DNA of 64,000 bases, taken from assembly GCA_965116955.1 (NCBI GenBank), contig OZ220742.1, positions 2,850,222 through 2,914,221 of the forward strand, given 5' to 3'. The notes under the pieces are model-generated. The model was given only the letters and a program-made list of their open reading frames with translations. It made no database searches and had not been told where the DNA came from. The translations under genes and the position numbers were made by a program. This document shows positions 10,352 through 19,936 of this stretch, in pieces (position 1 is the stretch's first letter; the number at the start of each line of letters is the position of its first letter). This DNA is from Thermoanaerobaculia bacterium. Lineage in GTDB: Bacteria > Acidobacteriota > Thermoanaerobaculia > Multivoradales > Multivoraceae.

Positions 10352-12765
10352 CCGCGGCGGTCAAGGCGACGAAGCGCCGCCGGTCCGACCGCAGGCGGGA
10401 GGCTCGCAAGCGGCTCCGCCGCAGCATGTACCGGCGCCACGGCGACCGTTTGACGGTGGCCGGCCTGTGGCACTACGCGCTGGAACGCGACATCGTCTGG
10501 GTGGTGGTCATGATCCTGGCCGGCGTCTGGATCATGGCGCCGCCGGGGGTCTTCTTCCGGCCGGATCTGCGCGAGGGGGACATCGCCAACCGCGACTACC
10601 ACGCGACCCGGGACGTTCTGCTTCTCGACGAGGAGACCTCGGAGGAACTGAAGGAGCGGGCCCGCGCCGACGTCCGCCCGCTCTACGACTTCGACGCCGT
10701 TCAGGCCGACGAAGTCGAAGCGCGGATCGCGAATCTGTTCGAGATCGAGCGGGGTTTCGACGAGGTCGCCGAACTTCTGCCCGAGGAGGAGGTGGCCGAG
10801 GAACGGCTGCGTCGGCTGAGGCTCGACAGCGGCCTGCGGGTCGATGAACGTCACGCGGACCTGCTGGCGGTCCGCGTAGGCGGCGAGGACGAGGGCGCGG
10901 AGCTCGAGGAACGACTGACCCGCCTGGTGGGCCTGCTGCTCCGGGCCGGGATCGTGGAGAACAAGGAGACCCTGCTCCAGAATCGCCTGGAGGGCGTCAC
11001 GCTGCACAACATGCAGACGGGCGAGGAATCGGTCGAGTTCGACCTCTTCGGCTATCGGGGCTATCCGGTCGAGGTGGAGGCCTATCTGGAGGCGGAGGTC
11101 GGCCGCTGGGCGGGGTGGTCGCGGGCCGAGCGGGAAACGGTCGTCGACTTCCTGATGGTCAATCTGGCGCCCAACGTGTACCTGAACCTGAACGAGACCC
11201 AGGAACGGCGAAACGCCGCGGCGGAGAACGTCGGGCCCGTGTTCAACCAGATTCAGGCCGGTCAGGTCATCGTGCGCAAGGGCGACGAGGTCGACTCAGA
11301 ATCGCTGCGTCTGCTGCGGGAGATGACGGGCAGCGAGAGCAGTCTGATCCTCCTGCGCTCGCCGCTGGCGTCGGCCCTGGTGCTCGGGCTTGCGGTAGCG
11401 TTCCTGTGGGTTGCGTTCCGGCGCAAGCGCCTGGTCGCGGTCGAGGGTCGCGACTTCGGCAGCGTCGTCCTGATTCTCATCCTGGGTCTCGCGGCGACGC
11501 GGGTCGGATTCCTGATTGCGGACGCTGTCGCCGCCTCGTTCCCGATCGAGGCGCTGAGTTCGGCGCGGAGCTACGTCTTCGCGATCCCCTTCGCGGCGGT
11601 GGCTCTGCTCGTGTCGGTGCTCTATGGTCGCGGCGCCGGCCTGCTGGCCGGCGTCGTGTTCTCCGTCCTGGTCGGCCGCCTGGGTTGGGTGGAGGCTGCG
11701 AGCGCGGAGCTGGGCCTGGCGGGTGGCACGATGCTCTACTGCCTGACCGGCAGCCTCGCCGCGGTGTTCGCGCTCGACCAGTTGAAGCGGCGGTCCGCGG
11801 TGACGAGAGCCGGCCTGCTGGTCGGACTCGTCAACGTCGCCTCGGTGACGATGCTGACGCTGCTCGGGGATGGCGTCACGGTGGCGGTCTGGGGCTTCGA
11901 GGTGCTGTGCGGGCTGCTGGGCGGCCTGATGGTGGCGGCGGCGGTCAGCTTCGCCGTTCCGGTGTTCGAGGCGGTCCTGTTCAGGACCACCGACATCAAG
12001 CTGCTGGAGCTTTCGGACACGAACCTGCCGTTGCTGCAACGTCTGGCCTTCGAGGCGCCGGGGACGTTCCAGCACTCCCTGATGGTCGCGCATCTGGCGA
12101 AGGCCTGCTGTGAGGCGGTGGGCGGGAATCCGACCCTCGCCTATGTCGGCGGTCTCTACCACGACATCGGCAAGGTGCTGCGGCCGCAGTACTTCGTCGA
12201 GAATCAGCGGGAGGGCGAAAACCCGCACGACAGCCTCTCTCCCTCCATGTCTTCCCTGATCATCATCGATCATGTGAAGGAAGGAGTCCGGCTGGCGCGT
12301 GAGAACCGGCTGCCGCAGCCGATCATCGACGCGATCGAGCAGCACCACGGCACGCGCAGGCTGAACTACTTCCTGGCCAGGGCGAAGGAACAGGCGGAAG
12401 CGGGCGACGAGGTCAACGAACGCCAGTACCGCTATCCGGGCCCGATGCCCCAGAGCAAGACGTTTGCCGCGCTGATGGTCGCCGACACCGTCGAGGCGGC
12501 GAGCCGCACCCTCGGAGACTTCTCCGAGAACTCGATCCGCGCGCTGGTCGAGCGCCTGCTGAACGACATCCTGGAGGACGATCAGTTCAGCCAGACCGAC
12601 CTGACGCTGGCCGACCTGCGGCGGATGCGCTACACCCTGCAGAACGTCCTGAAGACGGTGCATCATCACCGGGTGGAGTACCCGGGGTTCGAGTTCGGGC
12701 GTGGCGGCCGTGGTTCCCTGCGGGTTCTGCCCGGCGGCGCCGGGAGCGGGCCGGCTGGCGACTGA
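10348..12765 (+). CDS. 7TM-HD phosphohydrolase (PgpH/YqfF family, putative c-di-AMP phosphodiesterase)
   Basis: Extracellular domain, TM bundle, EAPGTFQHS, YHDIGK, FVENQ, HHGT, YRYPGP, ADTVEAASR; GTGA overlap with phoH. Confidence 0.92.
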   Translation: MTAAVKATKRRRSDRRREARKRLRRSMYRRHGDRLTVAGLWHYALERDIVWVVVMILAGVWIMAPPGVFFRPDLREGDIANRDYHATRDVLLLDEETSEELKERARADVRPLYDFDAVQADEVEARIANLFEIERGFDEVAELLPEEEVAEERLRRLRLDSGLRVDERHADLLAVRVGGEDEGAELEERLTRLVGLLLRAGIVENKETLLQNRLEGVTLHNMQTGEESVEFDLFGYRGYPVEVEAYLEAEVGRWAGWSRAERETVVDFLMVNLAPNVYLNLNETQERRNAAAENVGPVFNQIQAGQVIVRKGDEVDSESLRLLREMTGSESSLILLRSPLASALVLGLAVAFLWVAFRRKRLVAVEGRDFGSVVLILILGLAATRVGFLIADAVAASFPIEALSSARSYVFAIPFAAVALLVSVLYGRGAGLLAGVVFSVLVGRLGWVEAASAELGLAGGTMLYCLTGSLAAVFALDQLKRRSAVTRAGLLVGLVNVASVTMLTLLGDGVTVAVWGFEVLCGLLGGLMVAAAVSFAVPVFEAVLFRTTDIKLLELSDTNLPLLQRLAFEAPGTFQHSLMVAHLAKACCEAVGGNPTLAYVGGLYHDIGKVLRPQYFVENQREGENPHDSLSPSMSSLIIIDHVKEGVRLARENRLPQPIIDAIEQHHGTRRLNYFLARAKEQAEAGDEVNERQYRYPGPMPQSKTFAALMVADTVEAASRTLGDFSENSIRALVERLLNDILEDDQFSQTDLTLADLRRMRYTLQNVLKTVHHHRVEYPGFEFGRGGRGSLRVLPGGAGSGPAGD

Positions 12766-14098
12766 CGAGGCGGTGGCAACCATCGACCTGCAGGTCGCGG
12801 CCGCGGTGGAGGCCCGGTGCCGCGAGTGTCTCCCGGGGCTCCGGGCGGTGGCGCGCGAGGTGGTTGCCGAACTGGCGCCGGCGGCGGCGACGCTCACCCT
12901 GCGCCTGGTCGACGACGCCGAGATTCGCGAGTTGAACCGCAACTACCGGCAGATCGACTCGGCCACGGACGTGCTGTCCTTCCCGGGTGAGGAGACACCT
13001 GAGGGCCGGCACCTGGGCGATATCGTCATCTCGGTCGAGACGGCCGCGGTCCGTGGCGATGGGCTCCTCGAGCGGGAGCTCAAGGTTCTGGCGCTGCACG
13101 GCATCCTGCACTGTCTGGGCCACGACCACGAGACGGACGACGGCGAGATGGAGGCCCTGGAAGCCCGGCTGCGGGAGCGCTTCCTGGCGTCGTCCGGGGT
13201 TCAGGAATCGGGGAGGGCGGGCACCGTGGCCCTCGTGGGCCGGCCCAACGCCGGCAAGTCGACGTTGATGAACCGCATGCTGGGGGAGAAGTTGGCGATC
13301 GTCTCGGACAAGCCGCAGACCACCCGCCACCGCCTGACCGGCATCCTGAGCACGGAGCGTGGCCAGATCGTGTTCCACGACACGCCCGGCCTGCACCGCC
13401 CGTTGCACCGCCTGAACCGGCGCATGGTTCACGCCGCCGCGGCGGCGCTCAAGGAGGCCGACGTGGTGTGTCTGCTCCGGGACGCGGCGACGCCGTTCGG
13501 GCGGGGCGACGCCTACGCCCTCGACCTCGTCGCCGCGGCGGCGGCGGAGCGCCGCAGGCCGATGCTCTGCCTGTTGAACAAGATCGACCTGATCTCCAAG
13601 CCCCGGCTGCTGCCCGAGATCGAGCGCTACGCGGGCCGCGCCCTGTTCGAGGAGATCGTTCCGGTTTCGGCGCTCACCGGCGACGGCGTGGACGAGGTGC
13701 TCGAACTTCTCTGGCGGCACCTGCCACCCGGGGAGCCGCGGCACGACCCGGAACTGCTGACGGTTCACACCGAGCGCTTCCTCGTCGCGGAGCTGATTCG
13801 CGAGAAGGTGCTGGAGCAGACGCGCGACGAACTGCCGTTCACCACCGCGGTCGTCGTCGAAGTCTGGGAGGACGGCGACAGGCGGACCGATCTGCTGGCG
13901 CACATTCTGGTCAACCGGGAGAGCCACAAGGGGATCGTCGTCGGCCGGGGCGGAAAGCGGATCAAGGAGATAGGCACGGCGGCGCGACTGGATCTGGAGG
14001 AGTTCCTGGGGCGGCGGGTCTACCTGGAACTGCGAGTGCGGACAGAGCCGGGTTGGCGCGAGGACGCCGCGGTTCTGAGCCGCCTGGAGACCGGCTAG
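12701..14098 (+). CDS. ybeY-era: Fused rRNA maturation factor YbeY + GTPase Era (true start may be 12755 or 12773)
   Basis: LNRNYR..TDVLSF, LGDIVIS, HGILHCLGHDH, then GRPNAGKST, KPQTTR, DTPG, NKID, KH domain; single frame, no internal stop. Confidence 0.93.
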   Translation: MAAVVPCGFCPAAPGAGRLATDEAVATIDLQVAAAVEARCRECLPGLRAVAREVVAELAPAAATLTLRLVDDAEIRELNRNYRQIDSATDVLSFPGEETPEGRHLGDIVISVETAAVRGDGLLERELKVLALHGILHCLGHDHETDDGEMEALEARLRERFLASSGVQESGRAGTVALVGRPNAGKSTLMNRMLGEKLAIVSDKPQTTRHRLTGILSTERGQIVFHDTPGLHRPLHRLNRRMVHAAAAALKEADVVCLLRDAATPFGRGDAYALDLVAAAAAERRRPMLCLLNKIDLISKPRLLPEIERYAGRALFEEIVPVSALTGDGVDEVLELLWRHLPPGEPRHDPELLTVHTERFLVAELIREKVLEQTRDELPFTTAVVVEVWEDGDRRTDLLAHILVNRESHKGIVVGRGGKRIKEIGTAARLDLEEFLGRRVYLELRVRTEPGWREDAAVLSRLETG

Positions 14099-14221
14099 AC
14101 GCTACAGAAACGTTGGATCCCTGGGTCCGCGGACGACAGGGTTGTCACATCGGTGGGGCGAGCGGGGGCGTCGGGGCGGTTCGTTCGTCGCGCGGAGCAT
14201 CATTCTTCCCGGGACACCGCT

Positions 14222-14238
14222 TGGGCATGGACGTTGCT
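14222..14238 (+). promoter_or_regulatory. Sigma54 (-24/-12) promoter candidate 1 for glnA
   Basis: TGGGCATGGACGTTGCT = GG-N10-GC with TTGCT. Confidence 0.65.
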
Positions 14239-14255
14239 AGTAAGACCCGCAGCGT

Positions 14256-14272
14256 TCGGCCCGTGGCTTGCC
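14256..14272 (+). promoter_or_regulatory. Sigma54 promoter candidate 2 for glnA
   Basis: TCGGCCCGTGGCTTGCC = GG-N10-GC with TTGC, 34 bp downstream of candidate 1. Confidence 0.45.
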
Positions 14273-14402
14273 TAGTTCATGGCCGCGCTGATAGACACGC
14301 GGCCTTGGCGATTCGTGTTTGAGCCTGCGGCCGGGCGGTGTCTCGGCCACAACAGATTTGGCGCGGCTCGGTCCGCAGCAAGGAACAGCAAAGGAGAACT
14401 TC

Positions 14403-15824
14403 ATGTCAGGAGCAAGCCCCAAGTCGATTCTCGATCGGATCCGCGATGAGGGGGTCCAGATCGTCGATTTCCGGTTCACCGACTTTCCCGGCTTGTGGCA
14501 GCACTTCTCGGTGCCGGCGCGCGAGGTCGACGAGGGCACCTTCGAGGACGGGCTCGGGTTCGACGGTTCGAGCATCCGCGGCTGGCAGGTGATCAACGAG
14601 TCGGACATGCTGGTGGTCCCCGACGCGGACACCGCCTTCATCGACCCGTACTACGAGCACAAGACGCTCGTCATGACCTGCAACATCGTCGATCCGATCA
14701 CGCGGGAGAGCTACGGCCGCGACCCGCGCGGCGTCGCCCGGGCGGCTGAGGCCTACGTGCAGTCGACAGGTCTGGCGGACACCGCCTACTTCGGTCCGGA
14801 GGCCGAGTTCTTCATCTTCGACGACGTGCGTTTCGACGGCGGGCCGAACTTCGGCTTCTACGAAGTCGACTCGATCGAGGGCCGCTGGAACAGCGGCGCG
14901 GACGAAGGTCCGAACCTCGGCTACAAGCCGCGGTACAAGGAGGGCTACTTCCCGGTGCCGCCGACCGACAAGCACCAGGACATGCGGAGCGAGATGATCC
15001 TGACCATGGAGGATCTCGGCCTCAATCCCGAGTGCCAGCACCACGAAGTCGGGACCGGCGGTCAGGCCGAGATCGATCTGCGGTTCGCGCCGCTGGTCGA
15101 GATGGCGGACGCGATGATGCTCTACAAGTACATCATCAAGAACACCGCCGCCCGGCATGGCAAGACCGTCACGTTCATGCCGAAGCCCCTGTTCGAGGAC
15201 AACGGCAGCGGCATGCACACCCACCTCTCGCTGTGGAAGGACGGAGTGCCTCTGTTCGCGGGTGACGGCTACGCCGGCCTCTCGGACATGGCGATGCACG
15301 CCATCGGCGGCCTGTTGAAGCACGCGCCGGCGCTGCTCGCCTTCACCAACCCGACGACGAACAGCTACAAGCGGCTGGTGCCGGGCTTCGAGGCGCCGGT
15401 GAACCTGGTGTACTCGCAGCGCAACCGGAGCGCGGCGGTGCGGATCCCGATGTACTCGCCGTCGCCGAAGGCCAAGCGGGTCGAGTTCCGTTGCCCCGAT
15501 CCGAGCTGCAACCCCTATCTCGCCTTCGCGGCGCTGCTGATGGCCGCGATCGACGGCATCCAGAACGAGATCGACCCGGGCAGCTCGCTCGACGTCGACA
15601 TCTACGATCTGTCGCCCGAGGAGAGCCAGGGCGTTCCGACCACGCCGGCGACGCTGGAGGAGGCGCTCGACGCCCTCGAGGAGGACCACGAGTTCCTGAC
15701 CGCGGGCGGCGTGTTCGACGAGGACGTGATCGAGAACCACATCGCGTACAAGCGTGAGAGCGAGTGCCAGGAGGTGGCGTTGAGGCCGCATCCGCACGAG
15801 TTCGCGCTGTACTACGACATCTAG
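14403..15824 (+). CDS. glnA: Glutamine synthetase type I (beta)
   Basis: [36 protein letters not shown], adenylylation Tyr in DIYDL; AAGGAG RBS. Confidence 0.98.
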   Translation: MSGASPKSILDRIRDEGVQIVDFRFTDFPGLWQHFSVPAREVDEGTFEDGLGFDGSSIRGWQVINESDMLVVPDADTAFIDPYYEHKTLVMTCNIVDPITRESYGRDPRGVARAAEAYVQSTGLADTAYFGPEAEFFIFDDVRFDGGPNFGFYEVDSIEGRWNSGADEGPNLGYKPRYKEGYFPVPPTDKHQDMRSEMILTMEDLGLNPECQHHEVGTGGQAEIDLRFAPLVEMADAMMLYKYIIKNTAARHGKTVTFMPKPLFEDNGSGMHTHLSLWKDGVPLFAGDGYAGLSDMAMHAIGGLLKHAPALLAFTNPTTNSYKRLVPGFEAPVNLVYSQRNRSAAVRIPMYSPSPKAKRVEFRCPDPSCNPYLAFAALLMAAIDGIQNEIDPGSSLDVDIYDLSPEESQGVPTTPATLEEALDALEEDHEFLTAGGVFDEDVIENHIAYKRESECQEVALRPHPHEFALYYDI

Positions 15825-15850
15825 ATCCCGAAGCAGACTTCGGTTCCACT

Positions 15851-15886
15851 AGCCGGCCGCGCATTCCTGCGCGGCCGGCTTTCTTT
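15851..15886 (+). terminator. Rho-independent terminator after glnA
   Basis: 13-bp stem AGCCGGCCGCGCA/TGCGCGGCCGGCT followed by TTCTTT. Confidence 0.9.
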
Positions 15887-15957
15887 CGTGCGGAGGCGGC
15901 CCTGGCCTCAGCTGCTGCTACCGTTGCCCCTTCATTCCGGAGCAGGAGGTCCCTTCC

Positions 15958-17304
15958 GTGCAAGCCTCAGTGATTCGCACCCTTGGCATCGTGCTGGGGT
16001 TGACGTTGACCGTGCCGGCGCTGGCCGACGACTGGCCGCAGTGGCGAGGCATCGACCGTTCCGGAGTCTGGAACGAGGACGGGATCCTCGAGCAGTTCCC
16101 GGAAGACGGTCTGAAGGCGGTCTGGCGGGTCCCCATCCGTGGCGGCTACTCGGGGCCGGTGGTGGCGGACGGCCGCGTGTTCGTGACCGACTGGCAGCGC
16201 GTCGAGGGAACACGCGCCATCATGGGCAGGGAACGGATCCTGGCGCTCGACGAGGAGACCGGCGAGGAGCTCTGGAGTCACGAGTGGGACGTGAACTACT
16301 CGGCGCTGCAGCAGAGCTACGCGATCGGTCCCCGTTCGACGCCGGCCGTCGATGGCGACACGCTCTACGTGATGGGCGCCGTCGGCCATCTGATCGCGCT
16401 TGAAGCCGAGACCGGCGACGTGATCTGGAGCTACGACTCCGTGGAGCAGGGCAACGCCAGCATCACGATCTGGGGCTTCACGAGCTCGCCGCTCGTCCAC
16501 GGCGACCTGGTGATTCAGATCGTGGGCGCCGAGCCGGACGGCAAGGTGATGGCCTTCGACAAGCACACGGGCGAAGAGGTCTGGCGGTCGCTCTCCTCGA
16601 ACTGGGAGATGGGCTACGGGCAGCCGATGATCTTCGAGCGCGGCGGCGTCGAGCAGCTCATCATCTGGGAGCCGCAGGCGGTCAACTCGCTCGATCCGGC
16701 AACCGGTGAGGTCTACTGGAGCGTGCCCTGGGAGGTGGCGTCGGGCATGACCGTGACCACCCCCGTGGTCGACGGCGACCGGCTGCTCTTCAGCCAGTTC
16801 TACCGCGGTTCGCTGCTGCTCGAGTTCGACTCCGAGAAGCCGGAGGTCCGGGAACTGTGGCGCGGCCAGAGCCGCAGCGAGATGCCGGAGGAGACGCAGG
16901 GACTCCACTCCCTGATCACCACGCCGATTCTCGAGGGCGACACGATCTACGGCGTCTGCAGCTACGGCCAGCTCCGGGGTCTCAACGCCGCCGACGGCTC
17001 ACGCCTTTGGGAGAGCGACAGGATGACCCGTCAAGGCCGCTGGGGCGCGGCCTTCATGGTCAGGCACGGAGACCGCTGGTTCGTCAACAACGATCTCGGC
17101 GACCTGATCATCGCCCGTTTCTCGCGGGACGGTTACGAAGAGATCGATCGAGCCAGGCTGATCGAACCGACGACGCAGTCCGGTTTCGGTCCGCGCAGGC
17201 TCTTCGACGCGATGGTGAATTGGACGCACCCCGCCTATGCCAACCGCCACATCGTCGCAAGGAACGACGAGGAGATCATCCGTGTCTCCCTGGCCGCCGA
17301 GTAA
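15958..17304 (+). CDS. Secreted PQQ-binding-like beta-propeller protein
   Basis: Signal peptide, DWPQWRG, repeated LxALDxxTGxxxW blades, WTHPAYAN tail. Confidence 0.9.
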   Translation: MQASVIRTLGIVLGLTLTVPALADDWPQWRGIDRSGVWNEDGILEQFPEDGLKAVWRVPIRGGYSGPVVADGRVFVTDWQRVEGTRAIMGRERILALDEETGEELWSHEWDVNYSALQQSYAIGPRSTPAVDGDTLYVMGAVGHLIALEAETGDVIWSYDSVEQGNASITIWGFTSSPLVHGDLVIQIVGAEPDGKVMAFDKHTGEEVWRSLSSNWEMGYGQPMIFERGGVEQLIIWEPQAVNSLDPATGEVYWSVPWEVASGMTVTTPVVDGDRLLFSQFYRGSLLLEFDSEKPEVRELWRGQSRSEMPEETQGLHSLITTPILEGDTIYGVCSYGQLRGLNAADGSRLWESDRMTRQGRWGAAFMVRHGDRWFVNNDLGDLIIARFSRDGYEEIDRARLIEPTTQSGFGPRRLFDAMVNWTHPAYANRHIVARNDEEIIRVSLAAE

Positions 17305-18565
17305 GCCGGCCCGGATCCGCGGCCGGGTCGCGCTCGGGACCCTGCTGCTCGCTCTCGCGACCCTGCCGGCCGCCGGCGATGGCCCGAAGGGCGAGCTCAT
17401 CTTCCCGCTCGAGCACTGGCACAACCATGGCTCATCCATCGTAGAGCTCCCGAACGGCGACCTGCTGACGGCCTGGTTCCACGGTTCGGGCGAGCGGAGG
17501 GCGGATGACGTGCGGATCCTGGGCGCCCGCCTGCGTGCCGGCGCGGAGGCGTGGAGCGAGCCGTTCCTGCTCGCGGACACGCCGGGCTTTCCCGATACGA
17601 ACTGCACCCTGCTGCTTGAGCCCGTGAGCGCGGGCGGCCACCGTCTGTGGCTGTTCTGGCCCACGATCCAGGCGAATCTCTGGGAGAGCGCCCTGATGAA
17701 GGTCAAGGTCTCGACCGACTTCGACGGGCCGGGTCCGCCGGTGTGGCAGTGGCAGGACGTGCTTCACATGAAGCCCGGCGAGGGCTTCCACGACCTGGTG
17801 GCGGAGAAGACCGACGAGTACTTCCGGAGCCTGGGCTTCACAGACGCCACGGACCCCGCCGCCCCGGAGTCGGCCCGGCAGTGGGCCGCGCGCAACCTGG
17901 AGCAGGCCGCCGACAAGCTGACCCGGCGCATCGGCTGGTTCACCCGGGCGCATCCGGTCGTCCTGCCCCTGCCCGAAGGCGGCCAACGGCTCCTCCTCGG
18001 GCTTTACTCGGACGGTTTCAGCTTCGCTTCCGCCACGTACAGCGACGACGGCGGCCACACCTGGACGATGAGCGAGCCGATCATCGGCGGCGGCAGCATC
18101 CAGCCCACGTTCGCGCTCCGCGACGACGGCACCCTGGTCGCCTTCATGCGCGACAACGGCCCGCCGCCGAAGCGGGCCCACGTCGCCGAGTCGTCCGATC
18201 TGGGCGCCACGTGGACGATCGCCCGCGACCATCCCGACCTGGTCGAGACGGGCGCCGGGCTCGAGGTCCTGAAGCTCGAGAGCGGCCGCTGGATCGTCGT
18301 CCACAACGACATTCCCGACGGCCGCTACCAGCTCGCCGTCTCCGTCTCCGAGGACGAGGGCCGCACGTTCCCACGCCGGCGCTACATCGAGCGCGAGGAG
18401 CAGGGCGTCGGCCGCTACCACTACCCGTCCGTCATCCAGGCACGGGACGGCCGCATCCACGTGACCTACAGCTACCACGTTGCAGGCGCACTCGACGACG
18501 GCGGTCAGGGCAAGAGCATCAAGCACGTCAGCTTCGATGAGGCCTGGCTGCTCGCCGAAGATTGA
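17282..18565 (+). CDS. Secreted BNR-repeat sialidase-like protein
   Basis: Asp-boxes SDDGGHTW, SSDLGATW, SEDEGRTF; YHYPSVIQ; GTG at 17282 with GAGGAG RBS. Confidence 0.85.
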   Translation: MSPWPPSKPARIRGRVALGTLLLALATLPAAGDGPKGELIFPLEHWHNHGSSIVELPNGDLLTAWFHGSGERRADDVRILGARLRAGAEAWSEPFLLADTPGFPDTNCTLLLEPVSAGGHRLWLFWPTIQANLWESALMKVKVSTDFDGPGPPVWQWQDVLHMKPGEGFHDLVAEKTDEYFRSLGFTDATDPAAPESARQWAARNLEQAADKLTRRIGWFTRAHPVVLPLPEGGQRLLLGLYSDGFSFASATYSDDGGHTWTMSEPIIGGGSIQPTFALRDDGTLVAFMRDNGPPPKRAHVAESSDLGATWTIARDHPDLVETGAGLEVLKLESGRWIVVHNDIPDGRYQLAVSVSEDEGRTFPRRRYIEREEQGVGRYHYPSVIQARDGRIHVTYSYHVAGALDDGGQGKSIKHVSFDEAWLLAED

Positions 18566-18579
18566 GAGAGGAACCCGAC

Positions 18580-19926
18580 ATGCACCGACGAAAGATCTCC
18601 ACCACCCCTCTCGCCTGCATACTCGCCATCGGCCTGTTCGCCGCGTGTGCGCCCCAGGGCACGGACAGCACGAGCGGCGCCGGCGAGACGTTCGCCGGCT
18701 TGCCGCGCGTCACGCCCGAGAGTGCCGGCATGTCGAGCGAGCGGCTCGACCGGATCCGGCCGGCGTTCGAGAGCTACGTGACGGACGGCAAGCTGTCTGG
18801 CGTGGTCACCGTGGTCAGCCGCGGGGGTCAGGTCGTTCACGTCGAAGCCAGCGGCCACCAGGACGTCGAGGCCGGCGAGCCGATGACCGAGGACACGATC
18901 TTTCGCATGTACTCGATGACCAAGCCGATCGCCTCGGCGGCGCTGATGATCCTCTGGGAGGAGGGACACTTCCTGCTGTCGACGCCGCTGGCCCAGGTGC
19001 TTCCCGAGTTCGCCGACACGCAGGTCTACGTTTCCGGCGACGGTGACGCCATGGAGACGGAGCCGCCGCGACGGCCGATCGTCATCCGCGACCTGATGAC
19101 CCACACCTCCGGGCTCACCTATACCTTCATCCCCAGTCCGGTCGCCGCCAGCTACGCGGCCGCCGGACTCGAGGGCTCGGCGGATGCCGTTCCCCACGAT
19201 GACTTGGCGCACTACGTCCAGGAGTTGGCCAAACAGCCGCTGCTGGCGCACCCCGGCACTGCCTGGAACTACAGCGTCGGCCTCGAGGTTGCGGGCCGGG
19301 TGGTGGAAGTCGTTTCCGGGCAGAGCTTCCGGGACTTCCTGAAGGAGCGCATCTTCGACCCGCTGGCCATGGCCGACACGGACTTCTTCGTTCCGGACGA
19401 GAAGCTCGATCGCCTCGCCGTGAACTACGCGCCGACGCCTGAGGGCGGCATCGTCGTCTTCGACGATCCCGAGGCCAGCGCTTACCGCAAACCGCCCAAG
19501 GTGGAGATGGGCGGCTCCGGCCTGGTCGCCACGGCCGGCGACTACCTGCGCTTCGCCCAGATGCTGGCGAACGGCGGCGAGCTCGACGGCGTGCGGATCC
19601 TCGGACCGGAGACGGTGGCCCTGATGATGGACAACCACCTGGGATCGGCCTACGGGCCGTCGCCCATGTCGAGCCTCAACCTCGACATGGGGATGAGCGA
19701 GGGCATGGGCTACGGCCTGGGCGGCTACTCGATCACGGACACGGGGCTCACCGGGCTGCCGGCTTCGCCCGGCACCTACGGCTGGGGCGGCGCGGCCTCG
19801 ACCGACTTCTTCGTCGATCCCGAGGAGGACCTCGTCGCCATGGTGCTGACCCAGTTGCTGCCTACCGGCACCTATCCGCTGCGTCCGACGATGGAAGTGC
19901 TGACCTACCAGGCGATCGTGGAGTAG
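18580..19926 (+). CDS. Serine hydrolase (beta-lactamase class C-like) lipoprotein
   Basis: SMTK (SxxK), LMTHTSG, WNYS, WGG; lipobox FAAC. Confidence 0.92.
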   Translation: MHRRKISTTPLACILAIGLFAACAPQGTDSTSGAGETFAGLPRVTPESAGMSSERLDRIRPAFESYVTDGKLSGVVTVVSRGGQVVHVEASGHQDVEAGEPMTEDTIFRMYSMTKPIASAALMILWEEGHFLLSTPLAQVLPEFADTQVYVSGDGDAMETEPPRRPIVIRDLMTHTSGLTYTFIPSPVAASYAAAGLEGSADAVPHDDLAHYVQELAKQPLLAHPGTAWNYSVGLEVAGRVVEVVSGQSFRDFLKERIFDPLAMADTDFFVPDEKLDRLAVNYAPTPEGGIVVFDDPEASAYRKPPKVEMGGSGLVATAGDYLRFAQMLANGGELDGVRILGPETVALMMDNHLGSAYGPSPMSSLNLDMGMSEGMGYGLGGYSITDTGLTGLPASPGTYGWGGAASTDFFVDPEEDLVAMVLTQLLPTGTYPLRPTMEVLTYQAIVE

Positions 19927-19936
19927 GCGCGAGGAG

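Noticed and set aside
15958-17304. PQQ dehydrogenase or BamB assignment for the propeller proteins
   Set aside because: No vicinal Cys-Cys, no pqq genes and no bam context; only the fold is supported.
18580-19926. Beta-lactam resistance gene
   Set aside because: WGG and LMTHTSG motifs fit esterase-type serine hydrolases; no KTG motif.
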